Virus record (IMG/VR): IMGVR_UViG_3300025120_000051
Location: 1 to 60,330 of that record
Source of the DNA: a virus
Taxonomy: Duplodnaviria > Caudoviricetes
Strand: one strand, 5' to 3'
Length of the DNA stretch: 60,330 bases
The position numbers were made by a program, and so were the translations under genes. Positions within the stretch are counted from its first letter, which is position 1; every line of letters begins with the position of its first letter. The notes under the pieces were generated by a model. The model was not told the origin of the DNA and did not search any database. It saw only the letters and a list, made by a program, of their open reading frames with translations. Of the stretch, positions 33,701 through 44,083 are shown piece by piece.

Positions 33701-36700
33701 ATTAATAATGCAGTTTTTGATAAAGTCTATCATATTGAACTCAGCTAATCTTCCATAAACACCTCTGTATTTACTTAAGCTTTTACCACCTTCAACACCC
33801 CACATATTTTCAGCAATTAATAATGCTGACTCTAAACTTTGCTCACTACTTGATTTTAAGTGCTCGTACTTAGAGTATTTTTTAAATACATGTGTTTCAG
33901 CTTCATTTTTAAAGTTTTTACTTTTAAACTTTGTGAAACCACCAATAGCGTTATTATAGCCACCAGCTTTTACAAGCTGTTTAACTTCTTTTTTAATATT
34001 AGGGTTATTAAAATAACCTTGTTTTGGAATCCAAAAATAACTTCCTGGAGATAAGTTTCTTTCACCTTTGGTTCCTTGTTGTGAGTTTTCTTTCTTTAAC
34101 TTAAATACATGGCCTAATCTATTATCTTTAATTTTTTGCGTTGAACCACTATGAACCCAATGCTCTAACGTCCTGTTAAACGCATCGTAAAAAACATCTA
34201 ATTGCTTTGCACCTGGGTTTTCTTTGTAATATTCAGCAAGTTGTTCTCTACCTTTTTTACCACCTACTGCAGCTGCTTTTTTCCAAGCAGTAAAGTTGCT
34301 AGCGTTGTAAGCTCCTTTTATTGACTTCCAGTCTATCGACTCTACTAGTTCAATAATTTCTTTTGGTAAAGGGTTTTCACCTTTAACAGATGTAGAAGGT
34401 TTTGTTAAAGCTTCTTTGAGTGAGTTTATTTCTTTAGTTAAAGAAGCAGCATTACCTTTGCCTAAAGTTTTGTTGTGTAAACCAACAAGATCCATCATTA
34501 ACGCCATATTACCGTCAATTTTATTCTGTGTAATAGCTGGCCATAAATCAAATATAGTTTTAGAATTTTTAATATAATTTCTTCTTAAACCTTCACTTTC
34601 TTTAGATTGAAATTCTTTAGGACCCATGTTAGCGTACTCATGGTTAGTCATAACATCTGAAAATTCAGAACCTTTAACGCCAGAAACAAACCTAGTTTGA
34701 GCATCAGCTCCAGCTAAAGCTTTATTAGCTATAGATAAGTCTAATAAATCTTTAATTCTATCATATGCTTGTTCGCCATATTTTGCAATAAAAGCTTTTG
34801 GGTTTCTCTCATGTAATCCCATCGCTGCTAATTGTTCAGCTTTCTGTATTTTATTAGTACCGAAAGCTTTGCCAAGATCATTAGAATTTAGTAATTCAGA
34901 CTTACCACCAGCAATTTGGTTGTACAAAGCATCTCTAGCTGATTGATCTCTTAATTCAGGGTTAACAGTTTCGTTACCTGGTTTTTCTAAATAATTTCTA
35001 ACAACTTGATTTGTTATAGCTCTACCTGTTTCAGATATTAAAGCATCTATAGCTCTTATCTGTTTACTTTGAGCTTTTATTTTAGTTTGTTTAAAATCAA
35101 CCTTACCTTCTGGTGTTAAAAATATTCCTAGCTTTTCTAAAAACTGTGTTTTATTTAAGTTTTTTATTTTATTTTGAACTGGTAACCCTGCGGTTTTACC
35201 TGTCTTACTTGACGATGCTTCTGCTGCTACACCTTTTCTACTAGCCGCATTATAAAGCAAACCGTTTAATAACGAAGGTTCTATCATTGTAGATAAACCC
35301 TCTATTTTAGATTTACCTGTTTTTAACATAGCGCCGTGAGGCAATAAGTCATACAATGTTTTCCAGTTTTCAGCTATGTATTCTGATTTTTGTTTTGAGT
35401 TTTTACTAGACTCTCCTTTAACTACATCAGTTCTACCTCCAAACATCTCCATTGTTATATCTGGCTTTAAATCTAATAAGTCTCTATAGTTATATTTTTC
35501 TATGTTTTCAATATCAATCTTACTTTCTATAGATTCAACGTGCTTATCTGTTAGTTTTAAACTTTCTTTTAAGTTTATTAAGCCAGCCTCAGCTTGTCTT
35601 GGCCCAACACTTCCACCAGATGAAACACCACCTTCAAGTTGTAAGAAACTACCATCCGCGTCTATGCTAACAGTTTGTATTTCTCTTCCTTGAGTAAACC
35701 TATCATATATAGCTCCAGATCTTCCACCTCCAAAACCACCACCACCATAAAGACCTTGGATTAAGTATGATCCAAATTCACCTTTGTCAGGAGTGTATGT
35801 TTTAGATAGCTTAACAACTTCTAATAATGTTTCTTGTTTAAAATCAGATCTTTCACCTCCTTTAAATGGATCAAACTTGTTGTTTACAAAGCTTTCTACA
35901 AGTAACATGTTATTAGCTATAAGTCTTCCTTCTAAAGCTAAAGAACCACGGTTGTCTAGATTTTTCTCTTTCTCAAGCTTTCTAGCATCAAATAACTTAT
36001 CAGAAAGATCTTTATTTTTTTGTATTGTTAATTCGTTTTTAACATCTCTAGAATTCAAAGCTTCTCTTTGTGAGTTTTGTTGAATATCTAGTTTTAATAA
36101 ATCAACTTCATTTAATTTATATCTACCATCTTCAACTTTAAGATCTGATAGCGGATTATCTTTAACAAACCTAGTTAGTTTGTTTGAATACCCAACATCT
36201 AAACGTATATCTCTAGTTAATCTCGCTACATACCCTATAAAATCTTCTGCTGTTTTAATTTTCGGTTGGTAACCAGGTATCATTTCTTCAAAGAAACTAG
36301 TGAAATTAGCTTTAACCTCTTTTACAGCACTAGTAGCATATAGTTCGTAATACAAGCTTGGGTTTGAAAAAGCCTCTAACATGTAAGCTAGATATTCTTC
36401 GTTTTTAATTTCACGACCTCTACCACTTTCTAGCAAATCTATTATTTTCTTTAAAGACTCTGGAGCTTTATCATAATCTTTAGTTAATGACTTACCTATT
36501 TGTTTATCATACTTATGAAACACTTCTGCCATGTTTTTCTTAAACTGTAGTGTCATACCTGGGTTTGCTGATTCTATAGCTCGAAAAGCAGCGTGACCAA
36601 TCATCTCGTGTATTTCTTTACCTTTATAACCCTCTTTGTTGTATACTTCTTTATTAAATATTATAAGGTCTTTACCTCCTTTTCCTCCACCTTGTAGAAA

Positions 36701-39631
36701 CTGAGCTGGGCTCATGTTTTTACCACCGTGAAAGTTTTTATTTTTACCATCTACAAATCTAACATCATACCCTTTGTACAAAAACTCACCTTTTTCGTTT
36801 CTACCAACAGCTTCTTGTATTATTTTTTGAAAAGGCTCTGTGTATCTTTTTTTAAAGTTAGATTCAAACTCAGGGTTTTTAGTATCTAATTCATTAGCCA
36901 TTTCCTCTAGTATAACCATTTGAGCAAATGTGTCTTTAGTTTCTTGATAACCATCATATTTAGATTTCTCCTCTTTAGATAGTTCTTCGTATTTTCTGCC
37001 GTTTAAGATTTTATCTTGAGCTTCTTGAAGTTCTAAAGACGCTCTTTGTTTAGCACCAGTTGTCATTAAATCTACACCTAAACCTACTTTACCGTTAGGC
37101 TTAATTCTAAATGCTTTAACATTGTGAGCTCCAACTAAACCGAAAACAAGAGAATTAGTAACAAGTCGTTGTGTTACATCTGACATATCACCATACATGT
37201 CGTTAAACTCTGCTTTAAAATCCTTAACATCCATAAAATCTTCGTAAGCTAACTCAGTGATGCTAGCTAACTCCATAGAAGCAGCACCAATTGGGCCTGC
37301 TTTAACAACTTTGTTGTGTAGGTTGTTTAACCATTTAAACCTTCCAGTAATGTTAAAATACGGTTGAGCTAAAACACCACCTGTGTAAAAAGCAGCACCT
37401 GATGTAGGTTTAAAACCAACACTTTGCATTTTAATTTCTTCCACAGCTACCATACCTAGATGACCTAACATTTTTTTAACTCTACTACCTGATCTTATCA
37501 TTCTACCTAAAGCAGCTGGAATACCAGTTCCTTTTGTTATAGCACCAATAACAGCTAGCTCGGTAAGCATTGGCGCGAAATGACCAACACCTTCTGAAAC
37601 GTTTTCAGACATACTTCTTGCTAGTTGATCTTTTTGGTCATCAGTAAATTGTAATGATTTTACCTCGCCTTTTTCTATTTTATCTTTATTCTGTATATTG
37701 TAATCTGATTGAAACTCTTGAATTTCATCTAATAAAAACCTATTAGTGTTTGTTTTACCAGTTATTTTAGCTAAATTTTCATCAGCTTCTATTTCAGTAT
37801 TACCAAAAAAATGAGTTCCAAAAGCTTTAACTCCAGTATTAAACATACTACCAAAAAAACCTGATTTTTCAAGCTTAGATGGATCTATGTCTAATTCGTG
37901 AAGTTTAAACATTGCTCTTCTAGCTCCTAGATTATCATCTAAAGCAGCGTCGTGAGTTTCTATCCAATCTTTATCTTCTTTACTTAAAGCACCACTAGCT
38001 CTGTTAAGTACTCCAAACCCATCAGCATCTCTACTAGATAATCCATTTTTATGCATTGTTGCATAATCACCTTCCCAAACGTAAGTAAAATCTACTGTGT
38101 CATTCTTTAAATTCTCTTTGAATGAAACGTCTACGCCAGGTAAATTTGAAAGTTTCGACGAAGGGTATGATGTAGTAATATTAATCTTTATATTTTTATC
38201 TTTTGCCTCTTGCTGTAAGTTAAAATACCTTTTGAATAAACCATCATAATGAATATCCATAGCTTCACGATCGCTAAGCATTGCATTACCAGCCTTGTTC
38301 TTTACAAGCGCGATGTTGTTTTCTTGAGAATTTTTAGTTAACTTTGCAGATGCAGCTATTCTGTCAGCAGACGCTTGGGTGTAACCTTGTTTAACATAAT
38401 AATTACTACCAAGCTCTTCATCGTCAAGCGCTATGCCTTTTATAACGTTTTCTGATGCTTTTATTATTTTCTCCTCTACTTTTATTTGCTCTTTTAAAAC
38501 TTCAACGTCTGCACCTCCAGCGTCTAATCTTGCTTCTAAATCTTTTATTTTATCGTAAGATTTTCTAAGTATTTTTACATTTAAATGTTTTATCTGAGCA
38601 TTTTTATTACCCTCACCTTCTACAACGTTACCTTGGTCATCTCTTTTTATACCTAGCTCTTTATCTATAAAGTTTTTATAATAAGGAGTTTCAAATACTT
38701 TTTTGTCTTTTTGATCAACTTGAGCCTTAACAAAGTTCCAGTATTCTTCTTTTTCTTTAGCTTCAACAAGTGTTGTTTGAAACATTCCTTTAGAAGCTAC
38801 ACTACCGTTTATAAATTTAACAAACTGATCTTTAGTAAGTTTAGTTCCGGTTTTTTCCTTAATTTGCTCATAAAGAGTGTCATTGATTTTTTCTCTATTA
38901 TCACCCATCATTACATCAAGCTTATTAGTATCGTAACTATGAGCTTCACCTATACCGTATTTTGCAGGGTTGTCGTATATTTCTCTTAAGTTGTTTTTGG
39001 TAACGTCTGCCAATTTGTTAACCTCTTCTGCAGTTAATGGAGTTTTTATATTGTTGTTTGTGTAATTAGAAGTAGGAATACCCATACTGCTAGCGCCGTA
39101 CGATGTTCTTGGTTTTGGTGTTGATTTATCTTGAGTTGTTACAGTTGGGTAATCTTGAGGTAATAAGCCTGTTTTTTTAAATGCTTGCTTTTCACCCTCG
39201 GTTGAAGTATTATTTTCTTCTATAAACTTAATAAAACTATCGTATTGAGAATCTTGTTGATCCCTTTCATTTCCGTAATTCCAAAATGATTTTAAAGTAA
39301 ATGTTTCAGACTTTTTGTTAGGACCAGTTACACTTATTCTGTCAAGACCAGGTGTAGACTCCTCAAACTTATAAGGTAAGTCTTTGTATTTCTCCTTTAA
39401 CTTCTCAACAACCTTTCCCTCAGCATCACCACCATCTCTATCTCCAATATCAAAATCATCCATTGATATATGGTTATACGGTGATGGTGCTTCTGTGTTG
39501 TCACTTTCTGTTTTTTCAACAAAGTCAGTTACACCAAAAGCTTCTTTAAACTCTTCTATGCTCATACTTAAGTTAGCAGCTTCTCGTTGAAGGTAACTTA
39601 AATCAACTTGTCGTCCGTTTATTTCAAACAT
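30784..39631 (-). CDS. Giant internal virion (ejection) protein, ~2910 aa once the 115-bp duplication is removed; appears as ORFs 33695-39631 and 30784-33690
   Basis: Both ORFs share MWGVEGG...DFIKN through the duplication; zincin HEMIGH, sigma-2-like segment, HAD DFDDTL, helical C-terminus; follows two other internal-protein-like genes. Confidence 0.75.
33597..33826. repeat. 115-bp tandem duplication with 4 synonymous differences
   Basis: 33597-33711 versus 33712-33826; same peptide encoded; causes a frameshift. Confidence 0.93.
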
Positions 39632-39638
39632 ATTTTAT

Positions 39639-41516
39639 TTATTTATTTTCTTCCATGTAAGCTTTTAACATCGCTGTAAAATCAGCTTCAGTTTGGTTAA
39701 ACTTAGCATCTGTTGTATTTGTTAAAGCTTGATATAAAGCTCTTCTACCATTCTCCGTGCTAATAGGGAAAGCCTCGCTTTCTAAACCATCTTCACCTTT
39801 TTTAGTGTAAAACGTTATTATAGTTCCACCTTTTGCATCTTGTGTAATTTCAGGCGGGTTATCATTATCTATTACTTTACCACGTAACTCATAACCACCT
39901 CTACTAACTAAGCTAGAAAACTCATCTCTTTTGCTTTCATCTTTTACTTGAGAACCAAGACTGTTACTGTATATTTCTTTCCATTTTTCAAAAACTTTTT
40001 TAGAGTCTTTCATATAATTACCGTCGTAATTACCCCAATCAAGTCCAATTTCATTACCATCTACGTCGTACTTTGTGTTTTCAACAGCCCAATTTACAAT
40101 GTGTTTTAACTTCTTATCATTTAAATTACCATTGTATGCTTCTTTTAGCTGGTCAAACTCTTCTTTTTCAACAGATCCTTTTTTAGCTAACTTACTAGGT
40201 ATTAAAGACGAGTCTATAGATCTTCCATCTAACAAGTCTTGATTTAATGTTCTAACCAAAGGAAGTTTTTCCATTTCGTAACTACTCATTTGCATGATTT
40301 CATCAAATACTTTTGTATTACCTGTGAAAGATTTATTGTTGTTGTTGTTATTATTATTGTTGTTGTTAATTGTTTCAGGTTTTTTCTGAGATTTTGGTGG
40401 GAAACCAGCGTACTCTCTTAGTTTACCCTCAAGATATTGATTAACAATTTCCTCATGTAATAAACTTTGCTCTTTCCCATCTTTATCAGTGTAGGTTAAA
40501 ACACCAGTAGGATCATAAGGCGCTCTTCTAGCACCTTTAAACATTTGAGTGTTTGCTAAAATATTACTCCATATATACTCTTTATCTTCTTTTTTGTAAC
40601 TACTAGAAATTGTGTTTTTTAATCTATTTTCCATTGCAAGATCTTCTTCACCATCCGCTAGCGTTTCATTAACTATTTTACTTTGAGTTTCTTTAAAGTT
40701 TTTAGCGGCTAATTCACCGTCTTTTTTAAATCTACTTTCGTAAGAATTAACACCTTCAACATTACTACCCCACATGTCTTTTGCAACATCCAGTTCTAGT
40801 TTTGTTATTTCTTGTTCATTACCATCTTCGTCTGTGTATTTTATAACTGATCTAGATGACCCTTTATCAAACTCATACTTGTAAACCGCATCACCAGATA
40901 TTAAATGTTTCATAAAGTTTTGTGCATTTTGGTGTTTACCCCAGTTACCCCAATCTATTGTACTTTCGTCTGAACCAACCCAACCTTTACCAATGTGCTC
41001 TTTTATAACACTGTTAAAATCTGCTATTTTACTAGCCCTATCGTTTGCTAGTATTTTATCATCTTTTTTTAAGTTTTTATACTCTATTGTTTTATTTTTT
41101 CCTTTTTTTCTAGCATACCTTTTATCTTCACTATTTTCATTAACAACGTTTGCTATTATTTCATCAAGCTGTTGTTTTGTGTTAGTTGTAGCGGTAGACT
41201 CTATTTTACCAATAACTAAATCTGTTTCAGCAGCAGACTTACCGTCTCCACCTCTACCTCCAGGAGTTAGTAAAGGGTTTGCGTTTTTAGGATTATTTGG
41301 GTCGTTTTCAAAAGCCTTTAAAGCCGCTCCAGCATCTTTAGCGCCTTGTAATATACTTTCTTGAATTTTATCATTCATCTCAGCGTAGTCTCCTTCTTGC
41401 GCTATATCTCCACGAAAGTAAGCTCCAGTGCCTTTATTTATACCTGGTGCTTTTATGTTTGGGTTCCAAGCTTCTAAGCCTGGGCCTCTACCTGATCCTG
41501 TTGTTTTTGTTGCCAT
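39639..41516 (-). CDS. Putative internal virion protein
   Basis: Charged 625-aa protein between small and giant internal proteins; poly-Asn linker. Confidence 0.55.
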   Translation of the reverse strand: MATKTTGSGRGPGLEAWNPNIKAPGINKGTGAYFRGDIAQEGDYAEMNDKIQESILQGAKDAGAALKAFENDPNNPKNANPLLTPGGRGGDGKSAAETDLVIGKIESTATTNTKQQLDEIIANVVNENSEDKRYARKKGKNKTIEYKNLKKDDKILANDRASKIADFNSVIKEHIGKGWVGSDESTIDWGNWGKHQNAQNFMKHLISGDAVYKYEFDKGSSRSVIKYTDEDGNEQEITKLELDVAKDMWGSNVEGVNSYESRFKKDGELAAKNFKETQSKIVNETLADGEEDLAMENRLKNTISSSYKKEDKEYIWSNILANTQMFKGARRAPYDPTGVLTYTDKDGKEQSLLHEEIVNQYLEGKLREYAGFPPKSQKKPETINNNNNNNNNNNKSFTGNTKVFDEIMQMSSYEMEKLPLVRTLNQDLLDGRSIDSSLIPSKLAKKGSVEKEEFDQLKEAYNGNLNDKKLKHIVNWAVENTKYDVDGNEIGLDWGNYDGNYMKDSKKVFEKWKEIYSNSLGSQVKDESKRDEFSSLVSRGGYELRGKVIDNDNPPEITQDAKGGTIITFYTKKGEDGLESEAFPISTENGRRALYQALTNTTDAKFNQTEADFTAMLKAYMEENK

Positions 41517-41534
41517 ATTACTTTTTATATTTTA

Positions 41535-42221
41535 TTATGAACCAGCTTGACCAGCCATATATAGGTTTGCACCCGCGCTAACAGCGTTTGGTATTGCTTG
41601 ACCTAGTATTTGGTTTGATTGCATTTGTAAGTTGTTAGCTTGTGTTTGGTATTGAGTTTGCATACCAGCTGTTCTATCTAACTGAGCCATATCTCTGTTT
41701 TCTTGAGTCTCAAACATGTATTGGCTTCCTTGTGCTCTCATAGCTTGCATTCTTCTTGATTCATTAATTCTCATTGCTTGTGCACCTTGCTCGCCTTGAG
41801 CTCTATACATAGCATTTTGTGCTTCTTGTTGGTTCAAGGTAGCTGAGATACCTCTTTTACTTCGTAATGCAGCATTAGCTAAAGCAGTTGCTCCTCCAGC
41901 TCCAGCACCAGTTTGTCTCAATGTATCTAAAGAGTTAGCTAAAGCTATATCAGCTTCTTCAGCTTGAAACTCAGCTGACTCTGTTGCTACTTGTAAGTTA
42001 GCCATAGGATTTGATATCATATCAGACAAGTTACTCATACCGCTAAAAGGATCTATTATTTCTTGTCTATTGTTTTCTAAGATATCTAGTTTTCCTTGCG
42101 TATCCTTAGCTGCTTTTAAATTTCTTTTACTAGCTTTATTAGCTGAGTGAGCCGATATACCTGAGCCTATCAATGATAATCCGCCTCCAATTATTAAAGC
42201 TGTACTTAATGCCATTGCCAT
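41535..42221 (-). CDS. Putative DNA ejection / internal virion protein
   Basis: N-terminal Gly-rich hydrophobic helix; A/Q/G-rich body. Confidence 0.65.
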   Translation of the reverse strand: MAMALSTALIIGGGLSLIGSGISAHSANKASKRNLKAAKDTQGKLDILENNRQEIIDPFSGMSNLSDMISNPMANLQVATESAEFQAEEADIALANSLDTLRQTGAGAGGATALANAALRSKRGISATLNQQEAQNAMYRAQGEQGAQAMRINESRRMQAMRAQGSQYMFETQENRDMAQLDRTAGMQTQYQTQANNLQMQSNQILGQAIPNAVSAGANLYMAGQAGS

Positions 42222-42227
42222 AATTAC

Positions 42228-42731
42228 TTATTTATTGTTAATATATTCTTCATATTCTTCATATGTTATACAACATACGTCTTCTTCTATTTCACGTATG
42301 TCTTTTTTATTTTCTGTGTTTGGAAAAACATTATACCAAATAGTTGTTTCATGCGCGTAAACAACTCTTTTGTCTCCTGGTGTAGAAACTATATGACAAG
42401 GAGCATAAAAATCCTTAACACCTTGCTCATTAGCTATTGTCACATGACCATTTAATAAAAATATCATGTGTTTGTGTTTGTATATAGCTCCTATAGATAA
42501 AGTGCCTTTAAACAAAAATATTTGCCTAATATATACATTGTCCATAAAAAAATTCCTAATAGGAGTTATTTTACTTTCTGTTGAAACTATCGGTTTATCT
42601 TTAGTACCAGCTTCAACATAATTACTATCCTTAGACACATCCATCATTGTCTGTTGTAGTTTGTTAACCGTATCTCGAAAGTTAACAGAAAGCTCGTTCA
42701 TAACAAACGGCCTTATTTTTTTTTCAATCAT
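42228..42731 (-). CDS. Cupin-fold protein
   Basis: YIRQIF..KG...GAIYKHKH..LLNG..AP..STPGDKRVVYAHETTIW pattern. Confidence 0.6.
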   Translation of the reverse strand: MIEKKIRPFVMNELSVNFRDTVNKLQQTMMDVSKDSNYVEAGTKDKPIVSTESKITPIRNFFMDNVYIRQIFLFKGTLSIGAIYKHKHMIFLLNGHVTIANEQGVKDFYAPCHIVSTPGDKRVVYAHETTIWYNVFPNTENKKDIREIEEDVCCITYEEYEEYINNK

Positions 42732-42737
42732 ATTTAA

Positions 42738-44069
42738 TTAAACTATTACTTCACTACCAACAGAAAATAGTTCTGCTTTAGTAGCTGATACACCTTCATT
42801 TGGATGCCAGTATTGCATTTTAACGTTAGCAAAATAACCCTTAACACCAGTTGTGTTAAAATTAGAGTTATCTTGAAAAAAGTCTCTAGCTTTATTTCTT
42901 AATTCACTAAAATAAAAACCTTCTTTTTGAACAAAACCTATAGTCTCTAAACCAACTAGTGTACCTTCTTCAGGAACAACATAGCAAGTATTTATATCGT
43001 TATAAGCATTGTAACCACTTATAGTGTTACCACCAGTTTCAAAAACTTGCATATTCCAACCTGTTGTTCCTTCGTAACCAATAGTTAAAAAAGTTTTAAC
43101 AATTTCAGGTTTATCATTAAAAACAAACTCTACAAAGCTAGAATAATTAGTGGCGCTTCCTACAAAATTACCTCTTGGCACGCTTTCACTGTGCTGTAAA
43201 TACAAGTTGTTACCTTGGAAAGTGTAAAATTCATTATTTAAACTAATACCACCTCTCACTTTGTAAGTATAAAATGATGTCCAGCCTTTTGACCTTTCAT
43301 CGTAGCATAGCGTTGCGTAATCTTTCACGTCTACGTTGTTTACATTTATACCGTTTTCGATAGGATAATTTACAGGATCTTTAGTTTCTAAAGTTAAACA
43401 ATACTTACCCTTTTGCTCGTCATAAGCTCCATATATAGTATCACACACTTTCAACGCATCTTTAAACCAGTCTTTCATACCAGCATCCGAAATTGGAGTT
43501 ATGCCATCTTTTGATAACCTTAAAATTGCTCCTCTTCTTTTATCAGCAAAATATTTTCTATTTCCATAAGAAGTGAAGCTTTCAGGGTGTGTGCTAATAC
43601 CAAAATTACCAGCATAAGGTGTGATCTGACCTATAACTATTTTAGCAGAAGCAGTTAGAGGTTGTCCTTCAGCTGTAAATATCGCGTCTTTATCAATAAG
43701 GGCTCTATTAACTTTGTTTTCTTGAAATATAATTAAATTAGTGTCTTCAGCGTGAAGTTTTTGTATACTCCCTTGAGCTATGTCAACAGCTCTTGTTATA
43801 TCTTCTCCACTTGGGAATTGATTTGATTCGTTAACATTTGTTCTTGAATTAAATATTCCAGAATAAGTCATTGCATTTTTTCTAACCTTTTGAGCATACT
43901 CTTGATCGGTTATATGTGCTTTAACACCATAATCCATCACTTTACCATTAAATTCACCTTCTATTCTAGCCTCCTCTATGTGGTACTTGCCTGGTGCCTC
44001 GTTTGAAGCAGTTCTTCCACCGGCTAATACTATTGAGTTAAAGTAAGATATTTCTAATATTGCTCCCAT
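42738..44069 (-). CDS. Tail stabilisation/nozzle protein, C-terminal part
   Basis: GSIQKL, FGISTHPESF..YFADKRRGAILRLS.DG.TPISDAGM, GWTSFY. Confidence 0.65.
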   Translation of the reverse strand: MGAILEISYFNSIVLAGGRTASNEAPGKYHIEEARIEGEFNGKVMDYGVKAHITDQEYAQKVRKNAMTYSGIFNSRTNVNESNQFPSGEDITRAVDIAQGSIQKLHAEDTNLIIFQENKVNRALIDKDAIFTAEGQPLTASAKIVIGQITPYAGNFGISTHPESFTSYGNRKYFADKRRGAILRLSKDGITPISDAGMKDWFKDALKVCDTIYGAYDEQKGKYCLTLETKDPVNYPIENGINVNNVDVKDYATLCYDERSKGWTSFYTYKVRGGISLNNEFYTFQGNNLYLQHSESVPRGNFVGSATNYSSFVEFVFNDKPEIVKTFLTIGYEGTTGWNMQVFETGGNTISGYNAYNDINTCYVVPEEGTLVGLETIGFVQKEGFYFSELRNKARDFFQDNSNFNTTGVKGYFANVKMQYWHPNEGVSATKAELFSVGSEVIV

Positions 44070-44083
44070 TCGTTATTTATTAA

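Noticed and set aside
33690-33715. Programmed frameshift joining the 1978-aa and 968-aa ORFs
   Set aside because: The break is fully explained by the 115-bp duplication.
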